Of a DNA stretch of 64,000 bases, positions 13,137 through 27,365 are shown piece by piece; the first letter of the stretch is position 1, and each line of letters begins with the position of its first letter. The DNA comes from Octopus sinensis. Taxonomy: Eukaryota. The notes under the pieces are model-generated. The model had not been told where the DNA came from and ran no database searches. It was given only the letters and a program-made list of their open reading frames with translations. A program made the position numbers and the translations under genes. The stretch is from contig NW_021835987.1 in the NCBI RefSeq assembly GCF_006345805.1, positions 124,001-188,000 on the forward strand, written 5' to 3'.

Positions 13137-13918
13137 AAGTAGCTGGTTTACCAGCCACTTGGTTCAGGGTTCAGTCCCACTGTGTGGCACTTTGGACAAG
13201 TGTCTTCTACTATAACCTCGAACCGACCAAAGCATTGTGAGTGGATTTGGTAGACGGAAACTGAGAGAAGCCCGTCGTATATATGTATATATATATATAT
13301 AAATATATGTATATATATATATATGTATATATGCGTGTGAGTGTTTGTGTGCTTGTGTTTGTCCCCTAGCATTGCTTGACAACCGATGCTGGTGTGTTTA
13401 TGTCCCCGCTACTTAGCGGTTCGGCAAAAAAAGACAGATAGAATAAATACTGGGCTTACAAAAGAATAAGTCCCGGGGTCGAGTTGCTCGATTAAAGGCG
13501 GTCCTCCAGCATGGCCGCAGTCAAGTGACTGAAACAAGCAAAAGAGTAAAGAGTAAAGAGTAAAGAGTAAAGAGTAAAATAGCTTTTGGCATCCACATGC
13601 CAAGTATTACTTAATCTCGACTGATAGAGAAAAATTGTTCTCAACAAATCACCTGTGCTGCAGTATCCAGAAGGCTCGATAGATTTCAATGTTAGCGGCG
13701 GAAGCTATATTTGCTCCCATTTGAATTCTGTATATGATAATAAATGAAGATATAATGTTGAAAGCCTGAAAAGGCGTTGTTCGTCTTCAGAACGTTTCGC
13801 GTTTAAATGTTTAGCGTTGAAATAAATGAGAAGCAAACGAAAAGTGATTTTAAATCTATAAGTCTCTACATAACAAGACAATCTCTACGTCACAAGAAAA
13901 GAAAATATATTAACATAC

Positions 13919-14082
13919 TTGTGTCCCTTAATTGAGAATTCAATTCCGGTGGCTGAAGCCAGGTCGTTCCATGGTGAACTTTTCATGTTTTTATGAGAGA
14001 ACCAGCTTTCAATGGTTGTATTTCGTCCATTAAATATCATAGTTACCACATTTGTTTGGTTTTTGCTAATCACTAGTTTCAC
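13919..14082 (-). CDS. Gene A coding exon 3
   Basis: TTTTGCAG acceptor, GTATGT donor, 164 nt, phase 0->2; VKLVISKNQTNVVTMIFNGRNTTIESWFSHKNMKSSPWNDLASATGIEFSIKGH. Confidence 0.88.
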
Positions 14083-14191
14083 CTGCAAAAGAAATGAACA
14101 TGTAGACACGTAAAACCGCTAAAGTGACGGGGACATAAACACACCAGCATCGGTTGTCAAGCAATGCTGGGGGACAAACATAGACACACAA

Positions 14192-14244
<53 letters not shown>

Positions 14245-14989
14245 TACGACAGGCTTCTTTCAGTTTCCGTCTACCAAATCCACTCACAAGGCATTAGTCG
14301 GCACTGGGCTATAGCAGAAGACACTTGCCCAAGATGCTACGCAGTGGGACTGAACCCGTAACCATGTGGCTGGTAAGCAAGCTACTTACCACACAGCCAC
14401 TCCTGCGCCACACGTTAGCACTCGCATAATGAAAAATAATTGGATCAAGTTAAAGAGATCGAGATACTTTAAATATATTTCTTTAGTTGTTAGTCTATTT
14501 TCCAATCATTTTTATTACATCCTTCCTTTGAGAAAATCGAATCTGTATAACCCGCGAAATTAACGATTTTTATTTGTCACTCACCTAATAGGTATCTTAC
14601 CATCCATAAATGTATCAAATAATATATATTTAATTACCCTTCGCTTGGAAATTTCCTTTGGTAATGTTATGAAAACACAGGATCTCATAGTGTTCCATTC
14701 CAAGCTGCATGACGAAATGTGGTAACAATAACAAACTTCTGCTACTAAAATACACCTCCTAATACACAAATAATCCATGCGTTTTTAGCCCCATTACACG
14801 CACATTGTATGTGTATTTACGTCTGTGTATGTGTGTGTGTATTTCACTCCTACCACTTGACAAATGGTTTCCTTGTGTTGATGTCCCCCGTAACATAGCG
14901 GTTCGTCCAAAGAAATTGATAGAATATATACAAGAGTATTAGTTCTACTAAACCCATGGCCGGAGTCCAATGACTGAAGCAGGCAACAT

Positions 14990-15033
<44 letters not shown>

Positions 15034-15210
15034 AGAGTTTACGAAAAAACAAAAGACGAAGACAGGTGGCGTACAAAACAAACAGATGTATTAGTATAAC
15101 GCTCAGGAATAGAAAAAAGTCATTTATGTTTCGAGCCTACGCTCTTCTACAGAAAGGGACACAGAAAAAACAAAGAGAGAAGAAAATGTGTGTAGCGGCT
15201 AACGATCTAT

Positions 15211-15363
<153 letters not shown>

Positions 15364-16349
15364 ATGGCTGCTAGATCAATCATTGTCTGCTAAATAGAGT
15401 TAATAGAATTAATGAAAACTAATGCTTCTACCCACAAAAATGTGTAGCAATCTATCCATGAGAGAAAATATTGAAACGTTAAGTTTAGTTGTCAGATATA
15501 TAGGAGAAAAACACACGATATGTCTTCTTCATTTCCTTAACTCTATGTAGAGTACAGGACACCAGTAACAGATCGCTATAGGCTGGTAAATTTGGCAATG
15601 AATTGCAGTTATCCCCAGGTCTTGCCATCAACCATTTCTTCAGTTTCTGTTGAGCTTTTCCATGTTTTATTTAATCTGTCACGCTTCTGCCTTCCTTGCG
15701 ATATTGATCGGATGGCTTGCCTTGTAAAATCAGAAAGAGTTTTCCGTTCGATGTGTCCTAGCTAACCTCATTCCTTGCTCCTGATCTGAGATCCCGTAGG
15801 TTACTGGCTCACATGTTCCCACAAGATTTTGTTTGTTACTCAATTTTGCCACCCCACAAGAAGAACAAGATTATTCAAATTTGAGATCAAGTCCCACCCA
15901 GGTCCTCCAGCTTTACTTTATGCTGGGTTCAATAAAACTTTGACCATTCATGTATCGTAAGTTGATTTCATCGATTTTGTTTCCCATTTACTGACCACTC
16001 CCCCAAAGGGGAGTCTTTTGTCTATGATAATTATTATTATTACTGCGGTTTGTCACGGATAAAAATTCTTACCACCTTCTACGTGGATCATAGTCCCCCG
16101 TCTGTTGCTCGGTGTTCCCGTCTACGCCTATAAGTTTAATTCTAAACCTAATTATAAATAGCTCTGCCTGAGTATAGTCTTCTTATATATATGGGTGTAT
16201 GTATATGTACTGCTGTGTGTATATGTGTGCGCATATACCTGAATTTGTTTCTTTTTCATGTATACTTGACCAAAGTCTGTTAATCATTATTACTATCATT
16301 ATGAAAATAATGGTACTGTATGAACTTGCTCGCACGTATGAATACATAC

Positions 16350-16528
16350 CTCATCAATTGGAAGATAGATCCAGAAATCAAGGAGAGGGTGTCGGAAGAA
16401 GTTAGGACAAAAGTCATTTCTGCATTCGTCCATATTCCAGGATGAAGGATGTCCTATATTCAGAAATGAATTATAAACTTTTGAACCAGCTCCTTTTGAT
16501 ATGGTATAGGTTTTAATCCATTGGCTAT
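16350..16528 (-). CDS. Gene A coding exon 2
   Basis: TTTCAG acceptor, GTATGT donor, 179 nt, phase 1->0; (Y)SQWIKTYTISKGAGSKVYNSFLNIGHPSSWNMDECRNDFCPNFFRHPLLDFWIYLPIDE; frame continuous with exons 1 and 3. Confidence 0.88.
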
Positions 16529-16535
16529 CTGAAAT

Positions 16536-16593
<58 letters not shown>

Positions 16594-17050
16594 TTAATAA
16601 TAATAATTCTTTTATTCTTTTATTTGTTTTAGTCATTTTACTGTGGCTGTGCTGGAGCAACACATTTTGTCGAGCAAATCAACCCCAAGACGTATTCTTT
16701 GTAAGCCTAGTACTTATTCTATCGGTCTGTCTTGCGCATTGAAGTTGGGGGGACAAATACAGACACACAAACATTATACATATCCATCCATCCATCCATA
16801 CATACATACATACATACATACATACATACATACATACATACATACATACATACACACACACAAACACACACATACACACACACACACACATATATATATG
16901 ACTGGCTTCTGTCACTTTCCATCTACCAAATCCACTCCCAAGGCTTTGGTCGGCTCGAGGTTATAGTAGAAGACACTTGCCCAAGTTGCCACGCTATGGG
17001 GACGGCATCAAGAACTATGTGCTTGGTAAGCAAGCTACTTACCACACATC

Positions 17051-17110
<60 letters not shown>

Positions 17111-17111
17111 C

Positions 17112-17159
<48 letters not shown>

Positions 17160-17161
<2 letters not shown>

Positions 17162-17611
17162 TGGACTACAGCAAAGATTCTGCTCAATACCACAGATTTG
17201 CTTGTCAGTTGTTTGACCGTAACCAGTTGAGCATGTCCCGTAGTGGCTGACGATATGTGCATCTCTGATCACGTGTAGAAGTAGTGGGGGATCATCATAG
17301 CCATGTGTTGAGAGGGGTCTTTGGGGTTTGAACAATTCACCTCTGTTTCATTCAACATCCTTAAACAACCCTTAATCAGGGACCTTTTGAGTGGGATGGG
17401 TTACCGAACCAGAAGAAAATTCTAACTGGGCCCCTCTTGCAAGGTCATGCACTGTTTATCTTGATATGAGATTCCCATGTTGCGAACAATTGGTTGTGAT
17501 GCATGTGCCTAGTGTACCCTCATCAGACGGTTATACCCATCATGGGTATACTGAACTTCGTATATTTGTACCCAAGAGTCACTTTGATGGCATGCACTGC
17601 TCTCTTAATCA

Positions 17612-17691
<80 letters not shown>

Positions 17692-18245
17692 GCCCTGATG
17701 CAGTACCAGGCAGTGGCTCTCATGGCTTCTGATCTTAATTGATTGGAAGTGTCATCACGTACATTGTTTTGTCTTGGTATAAAAGATGGGCTACAGAAAA
17801 TATTCTGCTCAATACCACAGATTTGCTTGTCAGTTGTTTGACCGTAACCAATTGAGCATGTCCCTTAGTAGCTAACGATATGTGCAACACTGATCACGAG
17901 CAGAAGTAGTGGGGGAGCATCATAGCCATGTGTTGAGAGGGATTCTTTGGGGTTTGAATAATTCACCTCTGGACACATGGGTGGTTCTTTCAGCATCCTT
18001 AAACAACCCTTATTCAGGGACCTTTGAGCGGGATGGGCTACTCAACCTGAAGAAAATTCTAACTGGGCCCCACCTGCAAGGTCATGTGCTGTTTATCTTG
18101 ATATGAGATCACCATGTCGCGCACATATGGTTGTGATGCATGTGCCTGGTGTACCCTTATCAGACGGGTAGTCATAATGGGTATACTGGGCTTCGTATAT
18201 TTGTACCCCAGTGTCACTTTGATGGCATGCACTGCTCTCTCACTC
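17160..18245 (+). repeat. Two tandem non-coding repeat units separated and flanked by (TAA)n (gene A intron 1)
   Basis: ~440-bp and ~555-bp related units (17160-17600, 17690-18245) ending ...ttgatggcatgcactgctctct + (aat)n; inverted copies at 39620-40085 and 37845-38400. Confidence 0.75.
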
Positions 18246-18246
18246 A

Positions 18247-18285
<39 letters not shown>

Positions 18286-18286
18286 G

Positions 18287-18344
<58 letters not shown>

Positions 18345-19878
18345 TATTATAATAATAATAATGATAATAATGATAATAATGATTTCATGTATTTGCCACC
18401 ACGTCGAAGAATAAGGGGGACAAAACAGTGAAAACCTTAAATTGTTGAGGTTTACATATAATGAAAAGCTAATAAAGGAAAGTAAAATCATCAACAGACT
18501 CCATAACATTCATCTTAAGTCTTTTCCTGGCCTGGGTATCGCATGTGATACACAAGACATATTTCGTCTGTTTCCATGCATCATCTGCTATACAAGTTCT
18601 CATCTTGGGCTTTTGGGAAAGAAAACATTTATATGATTCAGAGATTTACATAAAGAAGAGCTAAATTAAACTGTGCACGTTTAGGGCAAACATATAAACA
18701 GGCTTTCGACAGGCAAAGGGTTAGATACTATTTTTGAAAAATTAGGGCAGATCCGTGATTTAATGCCAATGGGATACAAGCTAGAAGTTGTTCAACCCCA
18801 GTTGGGTGAACTGGATTAGGATGTGTGATGCTGACGGCCCCGCCTCTACACGCATACAAACCCCAGAGACCTAAGAAAAATATCTGGTGCTTTCTCTAAG
18901 AATATATATCTTGGGATTTTCTAATTTAGACAATGCCTGAAATATGAGGGTGTGGGTTATAAGTTGTTATGGAGCCAAGAATTTCACTGATATTTTATTT
19001 TATCGATCAGGGTAAGATGACAGGTAAAGTTGACCTCAGCGTGATCTAGTCTGAGAAACCTACAGGATTAATAAAGCAAATAATATTTTAACGAGTATGC
19101 CAATCCACCTTGCTCCCCACCTGCGCACGTGTGAAAACCCATCGTGTGTGTGTGTGTTGGGGAAGAGTCCCGTAAATCTATGATAAAATTCAGCTCCCAA
19201 TTGAGCTCAGTTTACACTGTTTCCCTTAATATACCCATGTGTATTCCTAACTGAAAGGGTCCTGCTACTCTGTTTCAACAAATTCAGTCTGAACCCTACT
19301 TTCGGAATGCAAGCAGAATTTTTGAAATCAAAATTTATACCCCAAATTGTAGGTCGACTTATACACCAAGACGACTTTGGAACCAAAAGGAAATTTCTAT
19401 GTGAAATGCTGTAAGATTTCGGAAGATAGAGACGATGTTTAAATGCTTACACTACATGATTATGCCATTCACTTTGTCGGATTCTATGCTGTAAAATTCG
19501 TTACTGCTTTGCTTTTTTCTTTCTCTTTGTGTTAAATGTTGCTTCGAGTGTATCTGCAACGGATATCGTAGATTACGATTCTTCAAATTATATCCTTCTT
19601 CACAAACACGTAATTATCTCTCATTATGTCCTCCCCTCTTCTCCTCCATTGTCCAATCCCCTTTCACATGTTCATCTTCTCAGTACCCTCTCACCTCCAT
19701 CAGTCCACTTTAACATTCCACTTACATTCACCTTCCGATAGCCCGCGGGTGTTCCCAGCAAAGTTTCAACATCTTTTCGTCGTCTGTCTGTCTTTTTGTC
19801 TCTCCCTCTTTCTCATTCTCTCATTATATCTCTCTCTCTCTCTGTCAATCACTCTCTCTCCCCCCCTCTCTCTGTATG

Positions 19879-19939
<61 letters not shown>

Positions 19940-20088
19940 GAAAGAAATGGAGTAATAACTGTTAGAAATGCATCATGTGTGTTTTAAAATCCTTTAATAA
20001 CGATGAGAATATGCTTAGAGGAACTACCACCAACCGCGTAAAACGAAAAAAAACACCACGACATTAACAATAAGGAAGCTCTACTTAC

Positions 20089-20386
20089 ATCTATAGAAGG
20101 CAATCTCGTTGCTGTCACTCGTGCTGACGACTGTCATTATATCTTTCGGTGAGTAATTCTTACAAACACGGCTGACTTCGTTGTAAGTAAAGAATTCTGA
20201 TTGGCTGTTTAGAGCATAGAAGGCACATTCCGGTAGACTTTCTCTCTTATAGAATTTTTCCGATGGATTCGTCTGAAGGTATCCATAAGAGTAACCAGGA
20301 GGCAAACGTTTGTAGTAAGCATCATGAAATTCCTGAGCAAAGGCAACCGCTAGAATTATTGTCAATGTTAACAGCTGCACTGCCAT
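20089..20386 (-). CDS. Gene A coding exon 1 (signal peptide + PAN/apple-like segment)
   Basis: ATG at 20386 in context GCAATGG; encodes MAVQLLTLTIILAVAFA|QEFHDAYY...ECAFYALNSQSEFFTYNEVSRVCKNYS...AFYR plus 1 nt; ends at a GTAAGT donor (phase 1). 298 nt. An upstream polypyrimidine-CAG acceptor (~20470) implies a further non-coding 5' exon. Confidence 0.9.
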
Positions 20387-21081
20387 TGCAGCTGGACAAG
20401 TAAAAGGGAACTGGGACATTCTTGGCCCTAATATCAATGGGAAATGTTTAAGAGTAAGGCGGAGTAATCCTGAAAGAGAAGAGGAAGATAATTTGAGAAG
20501 ATGGAAAATGTTTGCGTGTAAGAGGAAGAATGTTTGTAAAAGAAAACGCTAAACGAATAAATTACAATTTAGAAGAGAAAAAATAAAATAAATTAAGGTG
20601 ATTCCTAAAGGCATAGGTCCTGGGTATGATTTTAAACTGTATCCAGCAGTGATCCCTGGTTGGGGATTTCTAGCGTTTTGACGAATTTTGGAACCAGCTC
20701 TTAGCCACCGATGTCCCAAGATCTAGTCTGACCCGGAGTAGTAGTGGTCGTCAAGGTTCTAATTATGGTTTAATTAGTAATTCCTTCGACCGGATGGAAC
20801 TCATCATCCAGGTGGTAGTGAGACAACCCTTCTAGAAGATGGAAAACGCTGATTCCAAACCCCCGATAACTTGCAACAATATTCAATCATGGGAAAGTGT
20901 TCGGGTGAAAATACTCGGGTAAAATTGAGAATCAGAGACAAAGGGGCAGTTCGATGCTGTCTTCAACCTCACCCCTGCACATCCTGTGTCGATGCTGTTA
21001 ACAAATTGTAGGGTTCCTTTCTGTTCTTTTAGACCTGTTAATGAGATTGAGATGATGGACACACTACATGGGCAACAACCT

Positions 21082-21310
21082 ATTTCTTTATTACCCATAA
21101 GGGGCTAAACACAGGGAGGACAAACAAGAACAGACAAACGGATTAAGTCGATTATATCGATCACAGTGCGTAACTGGTACGTATTTAATCGACCCCGAAA
21201 GGATGAAAGCTAAGTCGACCTCGGCGGAATTTGAACTCAGAACGTAACGGCTGACGAAATACGGCTACGCATTTCGCCCGGCGTGCTAACGATTCTGCCA
21301 GCTCGACGCC
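21082..21310 (-). mobile_element. SINE family 1
   Basis: 18-bp TSD at 21064-21081 and 21311-21328. Confidence 0.8.
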
Positions 21311-21580
21311 CTACATGGGCAACAACCTGTCCTCCGTACCACACTGCTCTGGTTAATGTCATATCGAATACATTATACTAGAAATATAGAACCGGATATC
21401 ACACCGGTGATGAACATAACAATTCAATCAACACAGCCTGAAAATGCAGATACGTGGCAGGGACTGCCATTTGCACAGAGTGCTGTTCAGAGACAGACAA
21501 CGATGGTCTGATAGGGCAGGAAATTACGGGCTTCATACATGGTCATTAACGAGGAACTGAGATGCAGGCTTTGCCTTTCG

Positions 21581-21638
<58 letters not shown>

Positions 21639-21809
21639 TAATCAATTTAGGGTAGCAAAAAATTCAATAGAAATTATTTTGCCACAATCGGTCTAGTGAG
21701 AAAGAGGAAATAGTCAGAGACTATGAATAAATTCAACAACAATTGAGGAACGGCTACGATAGGCCGTTCGACCCAAGAGGCCTGTTGTAGCCGTTCCTCA
21801 ATTGTTGTT

Positions 21810-21877
<68 letters not shown>

Positions 21878-21900
21878 GTATATATATATCTATGTATATA

Positions 21901-21938
<38 letters not shown>

Positions 21939-22083
21939 ATATGTATATATATATATGTTTATATATATATGTATGTATGTATATATGTTTCGTATGCATG
22001 TATACACGTACGCATGTGCGCGCGCTCAAACACACATTCAGACATACATGAGAAGTTATAACTCCGTCAATCTCTATCCATCT

Positions 22084-22125
<42 letters not shown>

Positions 22126-22133
22126 CTCTTCCG

Positions 22134-22166
<33 letters not shown>

Positions 22167-24202
22167 CTTACATATATACACTCAATTTTCTAGTGTGTGT
22201 ATTGAGTTTGGATATGACTTGAAACTTCACCTGTTGGAGGGAGACCAAATACAAAGTTTTCGGAGCATTGATGAATTTCCAATCAACTTTCGGTGACTAT
22301 TGATCCCATATCTACTGTAACTCGTAATAGTAGCACGTGTTACGGTCCCAATTATAGGTTAATTTCCATCTTAGCAACAGGGGAGCGAAGGACACCCTAG
22401 TTCCAGTAGCAACTTCCTTCTAGTTTAATGTAAAATCATTTAGAAAAAAGAACTCTCAAGTTCTCTCTGTGTCTAGTTGTCTCCATCTCTGTTGTGCCAC
22501 TGGTGTTATAGCTAAGGGTTCAATGCTGTGCCACACTTTAAAGACCCAGAACAAATCAATGCACAGGGATTTCTGTCTTTTTCGGAACGTTTTCACACCA
22601 TACGGAGATCAAGAAATGATCTTACTCGGTCTCCACTTGACTTCCAAAACGCAAATATATACAGTATACTATAATATCTCTATCACTTTATCCGATCCAC
22701 GCAGTACAGATACATAAATAAACATGATAACACAGAAGCAATATCAATCAACTGATCTAGCCACAGTCGCATAACTGGGATCTAAACCGTCTTCAAAGCA
22801 GAGCAGCAGCATTGAGTTTCCAACATAGCGGAACATAACGAAACAGAACTTACCTTTGTTACTGATTACACTAACAACTGTGTTTGAAAACGTTAACCAC
22901 TGTCCACTGTTGTCGGTACTATCAACTGATGCCGCTGAACTACCAAGAAAAGTCCCCAAATCTTTGAATTGTTCAATAATGATTTCAACTATTACTTAAT
23001 CTTCACAGATGTCTCCACCGTCCACTACAGTCGTTACTGCTCTCTTGCTTCGAGTCTAATGCGCAAGACGTCTCCGTCGAAGTGAAACTACTTTCGATTT
23101 ATAACAAGCCAATGTTTACAGAATGACTTCTCTGAACACACTTGAAACACATTTCTTTTGTCCTCGGAATCTTTAGAAGGCGTAGGTGTTGTTATTTTTT
23201 GTTGTTGTTGGTTGTGGCCTTGGTGATGGTCGTTGGTTGTAGTAGTAGTTGCAGTAGAGTTAGTAGTAGTGATTATTGCTTTCAGGTGGAGCTTTTAATG
23301 GGACGTTGATAGGGATGTTGCATTGTGTTGGTGATGATGATTGTGGTGATGTTTTAAGGATATCATTACAGCAGTGTTGATATTTATGGTGTTAATTTTG
23401 CAAAAATTGTATGGGTGGTATAAGAGGATACAGTGGTTTACATTAATGTGGTGGCGTGATAGTGGTGGTAACCTGTTGGTAGTGGTGTTAGTAGTGTTAT
23501 TGGTGATGCGATGTTGTAGGATGGTAGATGTAGTGCTGGTGATAGTGGTGGTGGTAGTTCTGTCAATGTTACAGTTATTGTTGTGGTTGTTTTTATGGTA
23601 GTGGCTGTGGTAGTGAAAGATATTAATGATGATATCGAAGTTGAGTTTGTATTTGTGCCATATTTTAGCTGTATTTTACGATTCTTCAAATTATATCCTC
23701 CTTCAGAAACACGTAATTATCTCTCATTATGTTCCCCCCTCTTCTCCTCCATTGTCCAATCCCCTTTCACATGTTCATCTTCTCAGTTCCCTCTCACCTC
23801 TTCCAGTCCACTTTACCACTCCACTTACATTCACCTTCCGATAGCCCGCGGGTGTTCCAAGCAAAATTTCAACATCTTTTCGTTCTCTGTCTGTCTTTTT
23901 GTCTCTCCCTCTTTCTCATTCTCTCATTGTCTCTCTCTCTCTCTGTCAATCACACCTTCTCTCCCTCCTCTCTCTCTATGTATATATATATATATATATA
24001 TATAGATGAGTGTATTTTTACCTTGTTAACAATTAACACGGAAAAAATAAATAAATAGTTTCCAGGGTAGCAAAAATCTCACAAGTAAAGAGGTTGTAAC
24101 TTCTTGTTTATAAAGGTAGAAACTTCGTGTTTACATGGAATATTTTGAATAATATATGAATAAATAAATGGAGTTTAACGCAGGTGTAAATCAAATATTT
24201 TT

Positions 24203-24288
24203 ACTTTCGACACATGTTTCGAAAATTCCACTGATACTATTCAAAAGAATAAATGGTATAAACAATGCCATCTTCTCTTCAGGAAAGT
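24203..24288 (-). ncRNA. Type I hammerhead ribozyme motif (GUC site), copy 2 of 3
   Basis: Minus strand ACTTTC-CTGAAGA-GAAGAT...ATTTTC-GAAA-CATGTG-TC-GAAAGT. Confidence 0.75.
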
Positions 24289-24822
24289 GAAAAAAACGAA
24301 ACTCGTCAATAAGACATTTCAGCAAAAAAATGATGGGTTTGTATAGCGATTGACAGAACGCTATTAATATTGTTTAAAAAAACGTTATATGATATGACAT
24401 CATAAGTAGCTAACAGAAAGAGTAGGGATACCAATAGTGAATGTTAAATATAAATGTTTATACCATTTATACACACATATATATATATATAAACGATAAG
24501 AAATGGAGCAATAGCTGTTAGCGGTACATCATGTGTGTTTTAAAATCATTTAATAACGATGAGTATCTGCTTACAGCTGTTTCAATGTATCAAGCTGGGG
24601 TAAATGTACAGTTATCTCGTTGCAATTGACAGACATCATCAGAACGATTATATGGCAAAGATAAATAGAAGGCAGTAGGAAGAAGATATAAGGAAAGGAA
24701 AGGAAAACTGATATATGGAATTATGGACCTCACTGAAATTTAAGACTATTGAATCAACTAACATTTTACATCTTTTTTTCCTTGATCTACTTCTAACTGT
24801 TATTATTGTTCCCTTTCTTATC

Positions 24823-24857
<35 letters not shown>

Positions 24858-26840
24858 ACGGTTTTACCTTTTAAATTACCTACAACCGTATACCTTATAA
24901 CAAGGGTCATACATACTGAGGTATTACCAGGAGCGCCTTTGGATACATCTCTCCTCTCTTTTACTCTTTTACTGGTTTCAGTCATTTGAGTGCGGGCATG
25001 CTGGAGTACCGATTTTAGTCGAGCAAATCGACCCCGGGACTTATTCTTTGAAAGTGACGGGGACGTAAACACACCAGCATCGGTTGTCAAACAATGCTAG
25101 GGGGACAAACACAGAGGCTATAGCAAAAGACACTTGCCCAAGATGCCACGCAGTGGGACTGAACCCAGGACCATGTGGTTGGTTAGCAAGCTACTTACCA
25201 CACAGCCACTCCTGCGCCTATCCTGTAGATAATTATATTACCTCTAACTTCTATCTTACACAACAAATTATGTGTGTGTGTGTGTGGGTGGGTGGGTGTG
25301 GGTGTATACATACATTTCTCTCTATCTCTTTCTCTCTCTACTCCTGGCAGATTTTTGGTGCTTTCTTCCCCCATCGAAATGCAAAAATTCAAAAACCTTT
25401 AAAGTTAAGTTACACGATGTAAGTATTATGCTTAATCTTTCTCTAATCAATATCGATTATAGAGTTATTATTTTTATATTCTCCGGACAACAATCGTATT
25501 GTTTAAAAGTGAAACCTGTCTTTTCCGGTTCATTAACACAAAACATACAATGGTACAGAGAAAAGGAAAGAGGAACCCTTAAACTTGTATTGTTATAATA
25601 AAATCAATTGTTTATTTTGCAAGTTTGTTGTCTGAAGCTCTGGGATGTTGTTTGCATAATACAAACAGTTTAACTTCACAATTTGCTTCGGTTATAAAAT
25701 TCATTTCTTTTTCATTTGATTTTGTCGTCATGTCTATTCTTGCTTTGTTTCTATTTATTTTACAATGTTGTATCCAACACACGTTTTTACAGTTAAAATC
25801 AAATTATTTAGCCCTAGGATGTAATATCCTAAGCGATTTATTTCATCCTTATTTCATGTTATTATACATATTTCCCTTAAAATTCATACTCTACCTGTCA
25901 CCTGAAACATGGAGGCCTCTGTCCATTGTAATTTTAGCAAAGGCTATCTTTCTCCATCAGATTATCGGTGATGTCTTTAATTGACAATCATTTTTCTTGC
26001 TTTCTCACCAGTCAAGTTAATATATTAGTGTGTAGTTGAGATTATTATGAACTATCACTTATTTCCAGGCGGTGCTTACTGATATTTACTACAGTAATTT
26101 ATTTAATTCAACCCCGTTTAATATTAATTTACTTCATCTATAATATCCCATCAGATTCCCATCTGTGATACTTGTTTCATAAAACATTCGTACCGTCTAT
26201 TAAATATTCTGTATATGAGGGAGACCCTATATTATTTATTTGTTGTATCACAGATCATTTTATCTTCTGACGTCATAGCTATTGCTATGAAATCTATCTC
26301 CTTTTAGGGATATCATACTCCAAGCCATAGGTACAGATCGTGGGATTTCGAGACCCTTCACTCTTACTTCATTCCAAACTTAAATATGCCCAGATATTGC
26401 ATTATAACTTATACAGTATACGTTTATATCTTATACATTACGTGACATGTACTTATATCAATAGCAGATCTTATGTGTTATTCAGCTTTTGACTGTTGAT
26501 GTTGTTTAGTGTCAAGTGATCCTTGGTACCGAAGACCACTAATAAAAGACATACCAAATGTGACTACCACATTCATATTCAGGTTAATATATCTAGGGTT
26601 ACAACACACTTAACGTTTCCCCATTCAACTATTTCAAGATACCATGTTCATGTATATACATGCACATTTATATCATGTAGGCGCAGGAGTGGCTGTGTGG
26701 TTAGTAGCTTGCTAACCAACCACATGGTTCCGGTTCAGTCCCACTGCGTGGCATCTTGGGCAAGTATCTTCTACTTTTGCTTCGGGCTGACCAAATCCTT
26801 GTGAGTGGATTTGGTAGACGGAAACTGAAAGAAGCCTGTC

Positions 26841-26885
<45 letters not shown>

Positions 26886-26892
26886 TTTATAT

Positions 26893-26973
<81 letters not shown>

Positions 26974-26984
26974 ATATGTATGTA

Positions 26985-27365
26985 GAGGCGCAATGGCCCA
27001 GTGGTTAGGGCAGCGGTCTCGCGGTCGTAGGATCGATGTTTCGATTCCCAGACGGGCGTCCTGGGTGTTTATTTGGCGAAAACACTAAAAGCTCCACGAG
27101 GCTCCGGCAGGGGATGGTGGTGATCCCTGCTGTACTCTTTCGCCACAACTTTCTCTCACTCTTACTTCCTGTTTCTGTTGTACCTGTATTTCAAAGGGCC
27201 GGCCCTGTCACTCTCTGTGTCACGCTGAATATCCCCGAGAACTACGTTATGGTTACACGTGTCTGTGGAGTTCTCAGCCACTTACACTTTAATTTCACGA
27301 GCAGGCTGTTCCGTTGATCGGATAAACCGGAACCCTCATCGTCGTAACCGACGGAGTGCTTCCCA
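26985..27365 (+). mobile_element. SINE family 3 nested in the microsatellite of a family 2 SINE
   Basis: Same head, body and ...cgtcgtaaccgacggagtgcttcc end as 44942-45329. Confidence 0.8.

Noticed and set aside
17160-18385. Repeat-spacer-like alternation resembling a CRISPR array
   Set aside because: Units are 440-555-bp related repeats separated by microsatellite in eukaryotic DNA; no 23-50-bp direct repeats with unique spacers and no cas genes.
26985-27060. tRNA-like heads with A and B boxes
   Set aside because: They continue into SINE bodies with TSDs and lack a complete cloverleaf; they are not tRNA genes.
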